A DNA stretch of 63,601 bases, filler included, from Octopus bimaculoides (GCF_001194135.2; 6 parts of 5 records of this genome joined end to end with filler, not necessarily neighbours in it); one strand, 5' to 3'. Shown: positions 38,336-52,598, counted from the first letter of the whole stretch. Numbers and translations are program-made. The notes: generated by a model not told the origin, from the letters alone.

Positions 38336-39578
38336 GCGCGCGTGTGTATATATGTATATAATATATATTAATGCATGTGCGTATGTGTGTATACACACAT
38401 ACTCACACACACACACACAAACCCACACCCGCACAAACACATATACTCACGCACACGTATACAAGAATATATATATGTGTGCGTGTATGTATGTGCATAT
38501 ATACATATAAGCATACGTACATTACGTTCATAAACTTCTGAACATACGTAGTATTTTAATGTTCAAGTGGAAGTGTATTCAGGGGAGATAACTCACATGT
38601 TTACATGTTTTTGTGTGCACATGTGTTTTGCAACGTTCTAACCAATCTGTGTTCAGTTTCGCCTCACGTCACCACATCGCGATTTGGAATGCTCTGGTCA
38701 AGATATGGACATGCTCCAACGCTCAACCGTATCCTTGGTTGACTAGGTTAGTCAGCTGGTTTAATGTGTGTTTACTGAACAGACAGATACAGTGACAGGC
38801 CTTCGCCACATCAAACGGTACGTACAGTTGTTGAATTCGTAAACCTATAAATAGCTGGATAAAAGAACTCCAGGAATTAGAAGCTAATGGGGGAGCATCG
38901 CCTTATACGTTTGCCTTGCTAGAAATAACTGTCAAATTATCCTCAGGTCGCACTGTAGCGTGGTAAAATAAAACAGGAAGGACGCATAGGTTAATGTTAC
39001 TATTGCTACATCATGCATGGAAGAAAAAAAATAAAAACGACGGGTTTGCTTCAGCTAAAACACCTTTGATCATATATAGTCTGCTCTATCAGGGCTGACC
39101 AGGGCTAATCCACAACAGCAACAACTGCTACCCCTATTATATCTACTAATACTAGTTCTTAAAAACTAACGAGATATCGTTCGAATTGTTTAAAAAAAAG
39201 AAAAGAGACAAAGAAAATAAAACGTGGAAAAGAAAAAAATGAAAATCAAAGCAAAAACAGATATGCATTGGATAATGTAGTCGTAGATATATGTCTCAAG
39301 AAAAATAATAAAATCATAGTAAACTCGAAGACGTATCAGTTTGCAACTGTCATGCTTTTTTGATCTGAGGTTCGCTCGGTCGGGGTTGGCCTGGGGCTAA
39401 ACTACAACGAGAACCGAAAGAAGTACGTCTTAAATAGTTATATAAGATTCAGTTCGCTAGGAAGACCGCTTATTAAACGTTTTTCTTTACGTTACCACTT
39501 TCCGCTTTCCCCCACTTGTAAATATATCTACCAACAACGCTTTTTCTCTCCCCCTCTCTCACTCTGTGTCTCTGTGTG

Positions 39579-39632
<54 letters not shown>

Positions 39633-40297
39633 CACACACACATATATGCGTGTGTGTATTTCTTTGTCGCGGCAACAGTAAACTGTCTCGTAGTCCTCCG
39701 TCGTCAACTGTAAATAAACAAAGCAATAAATATAATTAATAGACCCATTTTATAGGTGAATCCTGTCATTTTTGTTGTTGTTGTTGTATTCCTCGGGGGG
39801 TCGATTAAAATTATGATATTGCCGTGCTGTCGGCAAACTTAATTCGCAATAATTAATCCAATGTATAATTAACATAACTGTGAGAAGGTACTTGGCCTTG
39901 ATAGACGAGGTAGGTAATTCTGGATCCTCAAGGCTCCTCGAATGGCACTTGGTGACCTGTCTCCCCCTCCCTCCGGCTGGGACGTCGCGTTTCATTATAT
40001 ACACACACACACATATGCATGCATTCATGCATACATACATACATATTCGATTCTGCACGAGTCTAAATCCGTTTGTGTAATTTGTCCTTGTGTGTAGCCC
40101 TCATGTGGCACCTTTGTGGTAATAGACAAAATCATTAGCGACATTTCTTGCATTCTGGGCTCAAATCCCACCGAGGTCAACCTTGCTTTTTAGCCTTCGA
40201 GGTCGATAAAAATGAAGAACCAGTCAAATACTAGAATCGATTTAATCGACTATCCTCCCTCCCCGAAATTTCAGGCTTTGTGCCTATAGTAGAAAGG

Positions 40298-40330
<33 letters not shown>

Positions 40331-40333
<3 letters not shown>

Positions 40334-40401
40334 TAGTTTTATTTTTATAATGTGCTCTCACTTCACTACCGAGCGCAGCTCTGTGTGCCTTAGGTATGTG
40401 C
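40331..40401 (-). mobile_element. Short insert within (AAT)n, probable 3' terminus of a Dong/R4-like element
   Basis: 71-bp unique insert flanked on both sides by (ATT)n. The minus strand ends AAAAATAAAACTACTG-(AAT)n with a poly(A) signal. Family assignment is an inference. Confidence 0.5.
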
Positions 40402-40404
40402 TTA

Positions 40405-40443
<39 letters not shown>

Positions 40444-41887
40444 ACAACATAGCCGTAACTTTATAATCTGTTTATTTTCTCCTGACAACAATGCACTGAA
40501 TTATTCTCTTCTTTTCAGTTTTTGTAATTATTTTACCTTTAATTACTTTAAAGTGGTAAGCTGGTGGAATTGTTAGGGCATCAAACAAAATGTCTAGCAG
40601 TATTTCTTCCAATTCATTACATTCTGAGTTCAAATCCCACTCAGGTCAACTTTGCCTTTCATTCCTCCAGGGTCATGTACTACAGTTGATGTAATCAACA
40701 ACTCCCCTCCCCCCATTCAAAATTGCTGGCTTTGTGCCAGAAATTAGAATTATTTTTGATAACTATGAATAATTTTCTTTTATCGTTTTGAGAGTTCTAT
40801 TTGGTTTAACTCCATAATAATAATAATAATAATAATAATAATATCCTTAAACAAACCTTATTCAGGGACCTTTAGAGTGGGATGGGCTACTCAGCCTGAA
40901 GAAAATTCTAACTGGGCCCCACCTTCAAGGTCATGCACTGTTTATCTTGATATGAGATCACCATGTTGCACCCATGGTTGTGATGCATGTGCTTGATGTA
41001 CCCTTATCAGATGGGTATATTCGGCTTCATAATTGTACCCCAGTGTCACTTTGATGGCATGTGCTGCTCTCTCACTCAATAATGATGATGATGGCTTAAA
41101 ATTTTGGCACAAGGCCAGTAAGTTTGGGGGAGGAGATAAGTTGATTGCACCAACTCCAGTACTTAATAATAATAATAGTAATAATTATTATTATTTTGTT
41201 GAGGTATATTATTTTTTTACCACCAGAGCCTGTTCATATCTATCTACCACAAAATGTATATTATGGTGTTACAAAGCAGGAGTTAAATTTAAACAAGTTA
41301 AAGAGTAAAGTTGTTACTTAAAATATTGGGATGAATTATGTTTTCCTTAAAATTACACAAAATAATTAAATGAATATATATCTTTTACTTGTGTCAGTCA
41401 TTGGTTGTGATAATGCTAGGGCACCTCCTTGAAGAGTCTTTTAGTCAAATTGACTCCTGTACTTACTTTTTTAAAGTTTGGTACTTATTCTATCAGTCCT
41501 TTTTCCCAAACGGGTAAGTTACAGGGACATAAACAAACCGACACCTTTTGTCAAGCGGTGGAGGACACACACACACACACACACACACATACACACAAAT
41601 ACATACAGCAGGCTTTTTTCAGTTTTCATCTATCAAATTCACTCACAAAGCTTTGGTTGGCTCGGGGCTATAGTAAAAGACACTTCCCTAGTGTTGGGTT
41701 CGGTTTTAGGTTCAATCTCCTTGCCATGCAATGACACTGAATGTCCCTGGCTGTAACCCTTGTACTGCTAATGTGTACAGTGCACTAACTCAGCCCTTCA
41801 TGGAGCCTCTCCCATTTTGTAAGGCCCCCTTTATATCAAATTAAATATACTGAACTATTTAAATATATGGTTGATATGCATATATAA

Positions 41888-42277
41888 GGAGCAGGCATGG
41901 CTGTATGGTGAGAAGCTTGCTTCCCAGCCACATGATTCTAAGTTCAGTCCCACTGCATGGCACCTTGGGCAAGTTTCTTCTACTATAGCCCCGGGCTGAC
42001 CAAAGCCTTGTGGGTGGATTTGGTAGATGGAAATTGAAAGAAACCTGTCGTGCATATGTGTATGTCTTTGTATGTGTGTTTGTCCCCTATCACTGCTTGA
42101 CAACTGATGCTGGTGTGTTTATGTCCCTGTAACTTAACGATTCAGCAAAGGTGACTGATAGAATAACTACCAGGTTTAACAAAAAAGTAAGTACTATTCA
42201 TTAAACTAAAAATTCTTCAAGGTGGTGCTCCGGTATGGCTGCAGTCTAATGACTGAAACCAGTAAAAGATAAAAGAT
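41888..42277 (+). mobile_element. SINE family A full copy; other pieces 23070-23260(-), 23450-23615(-), 25735-25800(+), 41385-41700(-), 42545-42715(-), 49700-49900(+), 57985-58165(-)
   Basis: tRNA-like head (tggctgtatggtgag; agttcagtcccact), CORE-like caccttgggcaagt, internal (GT)n-like tract, tail gtaacttaacgattcagcaaag..gactgaaaccagtaaaag. Comparable to described octopus tRNA-derived SINEs (OK/OR1/OR2); exact family not determined. Confidence 0.85.
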
Positions 42278-43197
42278 ATCGTTGTCATCATCATTGTTTT
42301 GAAGCTTCCTGGGTCAGATGAAATTCTGGATGCTCTCTACCTGTCCTCGGTCCTGTCCTCCACCGTTCCCAAGCAATGTAATATTTTCTCCTAGTCTGTG
42401 TTTTCATACAAGATTGAAAAGAAGCAACACTGCTTGTACGACATTGATGCTTGTTTACAATTGGTGCATGTTGCCAATGCAAGAAGACACGTGCATGCAC
42501 AGGCACGCGTTGACACACATACTCACACACACACACACACACGGCAGGCTTCCTTGCCCCCAGTTTTTATTTTGTCTACCAAATTTATTCACAAGGCTTT
42601 GGTTAGCCTGGGGCTATCATAGAAGACATTTGCCCAAAGTGTAGCACAGTGGTATTGAACCTGAAACCACATGGTTGTGAAGTGAATTTCTAAGCCACAT
42701 AGCTGTGCCCATGCCTTTATTTTAAAAGTATTTAGCAAAATGTATATATATATATTAAGTGCACATATATCAGGTTTCATAATATATATATGTATATTTA
42801 ATATGCATATAAGATATTTATATAAAATAATGTCCCTCATATCTCACCCTACTGTTTTGAAAGAAAAACAGGAAATACACATTGCATGCCTTGTGGTATT
42901 GAGTTACATCCCTGTCCATTCTCAGTTCTACTACGTATGATCTAGTTGTCAGCTAACTTTTGTGGGGTTCACTTTATTGCAAGTATTCAAACCAGGGTTT
43001 CCCTTCCACCAGTCTGGGAGGCCTTGTAATAAGTCATGGGTGTTGCCCTTTCCTTCCCTGATTAAGTCATAACAAATGACGATGATGATGAGGAGGAGGA
43101 CTAATGATAATGGTGCTATAACTGAGACAAGGCAGATGATGTTCATGGCTTTGATTATGGTTATGGTAATGATGATGGTAATGTTAAAGTGGGTTAC

Positions 43198-43282
43198 CAG
43201 GTATATTGATGTGCTGCTTCCTGTGGTGCTAACCCCGGGGTCATGGTTTCTTCTTTCATTTTGCTCAACTATCTATGAGGAC
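43198..43282 (-). other. Speculative 85-nt exon with initiator ATG (MKEETMTPGLAPQEAAHQYT)
   Basis: Acceptor ctttgacctttgcAG, donor CTG/GTAACC, AAAATG context at 43259. The phase-2 end is compatible with the 31902 exon, but the chance of that by luck is 1 in 3. Confidence 0.22.
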
Positions 43283-44672
43283 CTGCAAAGGTCAAAGACA
43301 CAGCTCTTTTTTCTTGCATTAAATTATACTCCCATCAACTTCCAGTACTCCCCGCCACAGACACACACATTTGCTAAACTTCTTCAGAACTTGTGACCTT
43401 GTGTCTATATTAGATATTGCTAATTCATGTTCTAATGGAGGTTTTTTAAGTATTTATATATCGACTGAAACACTGCTAACCCCTTCCCTTATTACCTATC
43501 ATATCTATTCTAAGTAACTGGTACATTACATTACTTTTTACACCAATTGTCTTTCATCCATCCATTCATTTTCACTACCCACCCACTGTTCCTGGGCGGG
43601 TTGTCTGGGTAGTGTCCTCAGGTATCTCTTCCACAGGGTCCTAATGTTATCCTGCTTTTAACAATTTGCTGTACTTTAGCGGACTTATCAAGCCAAGTGA
43701 AATCATAGTTGTGACTGGTGCTAGTAACATGTAAAAGCATCTGTGCTAGTGACTTATGAAAGCACCTGTACCGCAGACACATAAAAGCACTCATGCCAGT
43801 GACACATAAAAGCACCCATATTAGTGACATGCACAAGGCATCTACTACAGTCTTGGAGTGGTTGGCATAAGGAAGGACATCCAGCTGTAGAAACCAATCA
43901 AAATCAGACTGGAACCTGGTACAGCTCTCTGGCTTACCAGATCCAGTCAAGCTGTCTAACCCATGCCAGCAGGGAAAGTGGATGCTAAATGATGATGAGG
44001 ATGATCCCCCAAGCGTGATCAGGTGAAAATATGGATATTACCAAACCATCTTCGTCTACCCCTAGGTCCTCTGCAAAGTTGGCTCAGCTTGAAGAATCCG
44101 TATTGTGATCCTTTCATGTGACATCCTAATAACATGTTTATGGTACTGAAACTATGATTTTTTGATGCGGAGAAATAACTCCTACTTGGCATTGTCTCTT
44201 ACATCAAGCATCTATCTCTCTGAAAGAATTCAATAAAATTTTTGAGAGATAGCGAGAGAGACAGCGTTTTCTGGCAGATGAAAGTATTGACTGATCTGCC
44301 TTTTTTAAAGCTGTCTAATGATATTTTCTTCCATATAAGGTGAGATCACTATATGTTTACTGGACTCGTATTCAACAAAGGAGTTTTTTTATATAGTCAC
44401 TCAACCTGCTGAAAGTGGCACCCTAATCTTCCTTAAATTAAGCTCTGCCATTGTAAGCAAGTTAGTATGGAAAGGGTTGAGACTGTCACTGACTGTAATA
44501 ATACAAACTTCTGATTTTCAAATGATCTAACTTAAAAACCTTCCATCAAAATTTCACATTAATTTCTGTTTCAGACACCAACTTAGTAATGGCTAAGTTA
44601 CAAAAAAAAAAAAAAAAGGAAAAAAAAAAATCACTTTTAATTGTGGAGCTTGAAGTAGATAAAGCTATAAAT

Positions 44673-44903
44673 CAGTGGGGCTCAACCATTTTTTATGCAT
44701 GGAGCCCTTTGATTCTTATTTTACTCTATTGGGCCCTCATAGCCATTCAGTGTTTAAAAAATTCTTATATTTTTATAATTGAATATTATTAGGAATTGTT
44801 TTAAAAAAAATTAAAATAATTTGTGGATTGTAGAAGTATAAGCAATTTACAGAATATGAATTTTAACAATAAAATCTTAAAGGGCCCTGGTTGAGAATCA
44901 TTG
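44673..44903. mobile_element. hAT MITE; partial 5' end of the same family at ~53528-53580
   Basis: TIRs cagtggggctcaacca / tggttgagaatcattg; TSD ctataaat / ttataaat (7/8). Confidence 0.78.
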
Positions 44904-47093
44904 TTATAAATAATAGTATATAAATTATTGGGCACAAACTGATGGATCGGAAAACTTGAGGATTATTGACCAAATTCAAAGTTCTGCTCAACTGAAACTA
45001 TGTAAACTGAGGGACAACTATATATATCTGGATCGTGGGTTCAATTCCCTAACTGGGTAGCGCATTGTATTCTTGAGCAAAACACTTCATTTCACATTGC
45101 TCCAGACCATCTTTCGATCAGTGCGGAATGTTGCCCTGCTCACCTAGCCAGAGGGGTGGCATCGTTTGAAGGCTAAAACAATGCAAAAGTGCATTGTGAC
45201 CAGCGATGTGAAACAGCATCTGATAGCCTGGTTGGTCACATGATCATATGATATATATATATATATATTTATCAATATTTTGCTCAAGTATATATATATA
45301 TATATATATATATATTGAGTAGACTAAGAAAAAGCAGAATCTCTACCTTTGTTAATAATTACTCTTAAATGGGTAAAACGGTAAATTTTGAGAAAGATAT
45401 ATGCGATGACAATTGATTCAAAGAGTTTATTACTTGTAATTATTAATAGGAAATTGGAAAATGAAATGATTATTATTGGAAGATTGGAAAGTGAAGGAAA
45501 CCAAGCATCAGTCTATGTTGGTTATTTTTTTTTTCAGCCTAATCATCATCACTATCATAATCCAAACCATGCTTACCACCGCCATCTGCCTCGTCTCATC
45601 ACTCATGCCTACACACAGATATATGCAATAGCCTTATGAACTCCTATCTTATGTTGGTGCTGAAATAAGATGCACAGTAAAGTATCTGTTCATTCTAGTT
45701 TTTCTATCACCTCTGTTGTTGCCTCCACTCTTCGCATCTCATCCCTGCCCCTGCAAGGGAACAACAATAAATAGATAAACAACATGCCTAGCATCAAAGG
45801 AAGACTACTGAACCATTAAATTTCCACTCCCCGATTACACTTAGCTCTACTCTGCTTCATTCTCTGCAAAAGTAAAGAAAAGAGCCACCTGCTAATATCC
45901 TGCCCCGCCTGGTTGTTTGTGCATCTTGGCACAGACCCACCTTAACTTGTGCAGGCCTAGGAGGAGGAGGAGGAGGAGGAAAATATATGAGAGCATTGAG
46001 AAACAGTAGCAGCTGTGGAATATTGTTGTTGCTGTTGTTGTTAGTGGTGGTGGTGGTGGTGGTAGTGCTGTGTAGCCCCCGGTCAGATTTATGGCACCAA
46101 GAGTAGCATTATTGTCCGAACAACTAGGCATAACCCAGAGATCTATTGCTCCAGATATACTATGTCACCTGCCTAACTGAAAATCACACAGCACAGTCCA
46201 ACATGCTGTGGTTGATCTTCCCAGGTGCATTGTTGCAGACTGAACATGTTCTTTCTCTCTCTCTCTATTGACCAATTGACCAAGCCTGTTTATGTACATC
46301 TGATGTTGTTCGTTAGCTCCACAACTGCTCTGACCTATGACTAAAAGCATTCCAGCCATGATCATCCTGTCTTTTTTCTTTTCTTCTTTTGCTCCTTTGT
46401 TGGATGTATATATACCTATCACTAACAAGATTTAGATTTAAGTGGATTTGGTTGCTATTTCTAGTAGGTTTAGTGACCATGCAGAGGCCCCCTTTTGGAA
46501 ATTCTGGTGGTGATCAAAATGGAAGCAGGTGAGATAGACCTGTTAAAAATAGTAAATAAATCTCCCTGCAATTTCACCCTACCATCTTAAAAGAGGAAAT
46601 AGTTTGTTGAGGTAATTAGGAAGCAACAAAATTCCCCTCAAAACACACTTTGGTATCTTAAAAGAAGTGGTGGCCTTCAAGCAAATGAGGATGCCTCAAT
46701 GTGGTTACTTAATGTTTTAGAAATAGTAGCCACATTTTCCTCATATCATACCTTACAATCTCAAAAAATAAAAACAGAAAAAGGACATATTTGAGAATGT
46801 AACCCAAACACACTATGCCTAGAAAACATAGATGGGGTGGTCACAGATGGTATGCCTGTAATCAATTTTTTTTGTATGTGTCTTGAACCATGGGACCAAC
46901 CGGGCCAGTTACCTAGTTTTCATGGCATATAGAAGTCAAGGTCACAACGTTCCCTCTGGAGGGAGGGTTACTTATTTACAGCTTAGGGGACTGGAGCAAT
47001 ACAAAATGCAGTGTTTTACTCAAAAATACAACATACCAGCTTCTCCTGGACTTGAAACCATGACCTAACAATTGTGAGTGCAATACCCTAATG

Positions 47094-47578
47094 CAGTGGT
47101 TCCTAAACTTTTTAGAGACACGACCCACTATTTATGACACCAGTTTATGGCGATCCACTTAACTCTACTGGGTTAAAAACTATTTATATTAAATGTGAAA
47201 CAAAACGTTTTATAACTGTTTCAACGTCTCCATACCCTATGGGCAGGTATTAACTCTAATACAAAACCTCGAAGCAGTAACTGTTATTGGCTCGATCAGT
47301 GTTGTACTGCGCCTATTTAAAGTTCTCTATAAATAGGTAAAAACAGACTTTACCTTTTTACGATTACGTACAAATAAATAATTTGAGAAAATGACCACCT
47401 CTGATTTGTTAAATTCGTGAAAAAAGCCTACTGCTTGATAAAACAACCAGTCTGGTATTGAAAACATGAGTCTTGAACTCTCTCGTTAGACAGCAGTTAA
47501 TCAAAGCTAATGCGTAATTTTATAACTTTTTGCAACCCACTAGGATGCCGTTCGCGACTCATAGTTTGGGAACCACTG
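47094..47578. mobile_element. hAT (Charlie-like) MITE with perfect 8-bp TSD
   Basis: TIRs CAGTGGTTCCTAAACT / AGTTTGGGAACCACTG; CCCTAATG at 47086-47093 and 47579-47586. Confidence 0.92.
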
Positions 47579-48294
47579 CCCTAATGAATTTTTGCATATG
47601 TCTATAATCAGAGGACCTTTGCATATGTCGACAATCAGAGACTTGCTCAGTTAGGACTGATGTGGGTCTAAACAACAACAACTACTACAACAAAACAGTT
47701 TACTACTCTGTGCCATACTGTACATTTGCAGTATATTCTAATATATTCTGCCCCGCCGCCTTTTTTTCTCAGCCAATAGGATGACAGTTTACTGCTGTTG
47801 TAAGCTCCGATCCATATCATGGACTCTACTGCTACTATTAATACATATATCATGTGGTCGTGTAACTGACCAGATTATCAGATGTTGTTACACATAGCTG
47901 GTAACAACGCACTTTGGATTGTTTTAACCATTGAATGGTGCCACCCCTGCCGGTTGGGTGAGCAGGCCAAACACTCCCTCCTGATCGAAAGGGGGCTGGA
48001 GCAACATAAAATGAAGTGTTTTGCTCAAGAACATAACATGCCGCCCGGTCTTGGAATCAAGGCCACAATCGCTAGATCATGAGTGTGACAGCCTAACCGC
48101 TCGGCCATGCGCCTTCACACTCCTACATCTATGATCACTACTGCATATATAATCACAGTCAAACATCCAGATATACCTACCAACAGCTCAAAAAGAAAAC
48201 TACGCCATCACTGTAACGACATTAACACTCTCTCTCTCTCATTCATTACATTACACAGTTCTGCGCTACATAGCCACTATGCGATTGCTTCACC

Positions 48295-48485
48295 GATTAG
48301 AAATAGCAGCTAAATCTTCCACTGAATCACATGCCACTGCAAAACTAAAAATATAAAACTGACATATTGGATAATGCAATACTAGTTACCCGTTTAAAAT
48401 ATGGGATGGTCACAGCTGGAGTACCTTTGATCATGGATCAGCTCGATTTGGGCTGACCTGGGACTAAGCTGCAATAACAACACTC
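48295..48485 (+). repeat. Old dispersed repeat family F (~200 bp, (CAA)n end); degenerate copies near 5000-5170, 5200-5430(-), 14780-14945(-), 31180-31365, 36290-36440, 38900-39125, 39240-39420, 46340-46480(-), 46530-46860
   Basis: Recurrent blocks gaaatagcagc.aaatct, cattggataatg, gggatggtcac.gctgga, ctttgatcat, gatcagggctgacctggggctaa..caacaac. Confidence 0.6.
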
Positions 48486-49383
48486 CCTGTACTGCTATAG
48501 GCTTTCATTTTTTTTTTTATTTAGTTGGTAGGGATATGATTTGTTGCTGCAGTAAGCTCCGCCCAGCAAGATCCCACACCCACTACAAGCATAATCACTC
48601 AAATATAATTGTTTCTAACGAAAGCTCAAGGCTAGAAATTTAGAGGAGTGGGTTTGTTAATTAAATTAACTCCAGTGTTTGACTAGTATTTTATTTTGTC
48701 AACACCTGGAAAGTTGAAGGGCAAATTTGATCTTGGTAGGATTTGAACTTGGAATACAAAGTGATGCGTCTAAGTACTGCAAGGCATTTTGTCCGACATT
48801 CTGTCAGTTCTGCCAATCAACTGCTCTGATATTCAAGTTAATAATGACGACAAAGTGAAAACCTGACTTTGTGGCTAGAGTATATTCAGCTCATGATCAT
48901 TAGGATGTGAGTTCAATTCCTGGCAGCATGCTATGTCCCCGAGCAAGACACATTATTTCATGTTGCTCCAGTTCTCTTAAATGGCAAAAATGAGTTGTAC
49001 CTATTATTCAAAGGGCCAGCCTTGTCATATTCTGTTTCATGCTTAACTCCCTGAGAATTCTGTGGGAGGTAAGCATGCTTGTGAAATGCTCGGCCACTTG
49101 CACATTAATTACATGAGCGGACTGTTTCATTAATTAGATCGACCAGAACCCTCAACGTTGTTGTCATAACCAATAGAGTGCCAGTCAATGAAGATAAAGG
49201 GAAAGTATTTGGTGAAGATAAATTTGTGCCTCAGGGGATCACTTTTATTTATTGAAAAAGCAATGTGTGTGTATAACAATGTTTTATAAGGCATGAATGA
49301 CACGACAGACCTTACTCTTTGCATATAACTATCTAGAACTTATGGTACTATTGGAAAAAAAAGTCACTAACATATTCAATTAA

Positions 49384-49604
49384 CCCTTTTGATACCAACC
49401 CTGCTGAAACCGCCTCTGGTTCTGTAGTACAAATGTCTTGTTTTCGTAAGTTTTGAATTAAAATCTTCCACCAAACCTTAGTCACAATTTATGTTCCTAA
49501 CACTAGCTTAATGATAACTAAGTTATTTTACTAAATTCTTTGTTATATTTAAAGTAATTCAAAGAAACCCAGAGCATCTCAAAATAAATACGGTAACGAA
49601 AGGG
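49384..49604. mobile_element. piggyBac-type MITE
   Basis: TTAA TSDs at 49380-49383 and 49605-49608; TIRs CCCTTTTGATACC / GGTAACGAAAGGG (11/13). Confidence 0.82.
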
Positions 49605-50518
49605 TTAAGAGCTAATATCTTTGTATGATAGTCAATATCTGTTGTATTTTTTTCCCCACTTGGAGTTTTCATTTTATTTCTAGACATAGTTGATGTCTCC
49701 ACCGTTACATTGACAACTGGTGTTGGTTGTTTATGTCCCCTGTAACTTAGCAGTTTGCAGAAGTGACCAATAGAATAAGTACTCAGGCATAAAAAAAATG
49801 AACAAAACACTAACTACTGGGGTCAATTTTTTAAAACTTAAGCCTTGAAGGCAGTGCCCCTAGATGGTTGCAGTCCAATGACTGATATAAGCAAAAAGAT
49901 ATTCTTGAGAAACAATATGTTTATATTAATTTCTTATTAATTTAAATTAGTATAGTCTGTAGTAGAGTTTCAAACGATTTTGACTTAAGTGTTTTCATTC
50001 CCTAGTTTACATCGTACAATCATGAAATGAATGGGAAATCGTGATAACGAGAGTTTTGCATTGCATTCTAGGATCACTGAAATGATTTTGCTGTGGTGTA
50101 ATTGGTTCACATTCAACTCCCAGTCATTAACGAAGTCACTTCCTTGAAAAGTATCACTCCAATATAAATGGTTAAAGGGGAATAAATCCGTGTTTATTTG
50201 TGTGTGTGTGTTGATTGTGTGGAGGGAAGTGTGTTTGTATGTGTGTGTATGTGCATGTGTGTGGATATATACATATATCCACATGTATACATATATGTGC
50301 GTATATACATACACACACACACACATCTATATACTCACATATAAATAAATATGTATGTATGTGAACGTATGTATATATCCACACACACATGTCTAGTATA
50401 TATATATATATATATATANNNNNNNNNNNNNNNNNNNNNNNNNNNNNNNNNNNNNNNNNNNNTTAATTAATTAANNNNNNNNNNNNNNNNNNNNNNNNNN
50501 NNNNNNNNNNNNNNNNNN

Positions 50519-50744
50519 ACAACTATATCTGGTCTATTTGCCTTAATTTCTCTATCTGTGTGTATTGGCATATCCCAGAGTATGGTTGCTTTCTCGTTTT
50601 CTGTGACCTTTTCTGGCGTGTGTTTATACCATCTTTTTTCTGTTGTTATTCCATAGTGTTGGCATAGCTTCCAGTGTATATAGGTCCCAGCTCTGTCATG
50701 TCTGTGAATATATTCCTTCTTAGCTAGGACTGGGCAGCCAGAGA

Positions 50745-50745
<1 letters not shown>
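50519..50745 (-). mobile_element. Dong/R4-clade non-LTR retrotransposon fragment (end of CCHC knuckle + restriction-like endonuclease), 5'-truncated at (AAT)n
   Basis: ISGCPVLAKKEYIHRHDRAG..IHWKLCQHYG..WYKH.PEKV.ENEKATILWDMPIHTDREIKANRPDIV. Fused directly to (AAT)n at 50746-50793; the 3' part is lost in a gap. Confidence 0.88.
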
Positions 50746-50795
<50 letters not shown>

Positions 50796-52566
50796 AACTA
50801 CAACAACAACAAGAAAAATACAAAACTGTGTTGTATATATGATGCAATAGATCTGTTCGATTAGGAATGACTTGAATCCAAACATGATGTTCAAGAATTC
50901 ATCTGAATAAAAATGGGATCGTCTGAGGAAACGGTTTTGATCATGAGTATGCTAGACCAGGGCTTAGCTTTGTGTTACACTGCCATTAATAACAACAGTA
51001 ACAAGATACTGGCGGAATAAATCCTAGATACAGTTATGTCCGAATTTAAGATTGGATGGACACGGCTAAAATACCTTTGGTGCTAGGTTTGCACGACGGG
51101 AGCTCTAACCTGTTGAATAATGACGTCTCAGATACACTATACCTGAATAAAATACTGGGTGGTTATAGTCGGAAGTACGTTGATCATAAGAGCTTTGACC
51201 TAGGTCTAAATAAAATGTTATTAATTATGTCCTAAATTCACTGTCGTGTGTTCATAGCTAGAATCACTTCGATCATAGGTTTCCATCTCAAGAGCTCTGA
51301 CTAATGGCGAAGCGAAATATTAATAACGATGTCCATGATTCACTATGACTGAATAAAAGAGAAAGCGCAAAATTTCTCACGGATCTCAATGGTTGCGGAC
51401 TGAAGATCTAACCACAATCTTCTGAATCGCAAATGGACGTGTCTTCACCACGATATTAACAACAATCCGTATTCTCCTCCATAGGGTTATAAACATATTT
51501 ACTTTAAAATAGGTCAATAGGTCTTTCATGCGCCCCAGGGATCAAAACGCCGGAGCTTAATCCTGTTTTCCATGGTATATAAATGGCTGAGATCACAACC
51601 ACCCCCATCCCTGGACGGGACGCCAGCCCACCGTAGAGTTAACTTCCCAACTATTGCTGGAATTTGTTTACAGCTGAGTGAACTGGAGCAACGTGAAATG
51701 AAGTGTTTTGCTCAGGAGCACAACGCATCATTTGTTCTGGGAATCGAAACCATGCCCTTACGATCGCGAGTGCAACACCTTAACTACTAAGCCACACGCC
51801 TTCACTTAAAATTTTAAAAAACAACAACAAAATCGAAATAAAACAAAGGAAAAAAAAAACGAAAGAGAAAAAAATCAGGTAACAAGCTATACAGAGTTAT
51901 CTGCCCGGATGAGTGAATGAGAAATAAATTATACAGCGGCCATGCTATATGCTCTCTTAACCAACGCTTGACATAGTCGAACGTAACGCTTCATACCTCT
52001 CACTTTACATGGTTTTCTAAGAATTTTTTCTTTCATTTTGCTTTTTACTTTATAATTTTTCTTCTTCCACTTCTGTCTTCTGATAATATGATTCTTCTGC
52101 TTCTTTACCTTCTTCTTCATCGTCGTCTCCTTCTTTCTTATTCTTCATTTCACTTCTATATTCTCTATTCTTTCTTCTTTTCTGCTTCTCCTATATTTGC
52201 TTCTTCTTGGTTTCTTCTTCTTTTTCTCTTTCTTGATTCTTCTTGATTCTGCCTTTTTTTTGTTATTTATTCTTCTTTGTCTCATTTTTCTTTTTTTCTT
52301 CCTTACCTTCGTGGAACATGGTTGAAGAATTTGACATCCACCACCAAATGTCTCTACTCTCCCCCCTCTCTCTCTCACTTTCTCTTTTTTTCTCTCTCAC
52401 AATCAGCTGCTCTGTACAGTAACAAAAAATTAGTTGAGCCACTCATTTTTTTTTTTTTTTTCTCTTAGACAACCACTTCCACTCTTTTACACTTGAAGAA
52501 TTTTACCCCCGAGGTCTTGGTTGTGTATGGCATATTTCGATAGTGAATGTCGTTGTGGGATGATGG

Positions 52567-52598
<32 letters not shown>

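Noticed and set aside
43715-43830. ~24-bp repeated units that could suggest a CRISPR-like array
   Set aside because: Contiguous degenerate tandem units without unique spacers, internal to a family D SINE; eukaryotic context with no cas genes.
51900-52470. Lys/Arg-rich ORFs (51929-52120, 52145-52378)
   Set aside because: Translations of a (TTC)n-like low-complexity tract.
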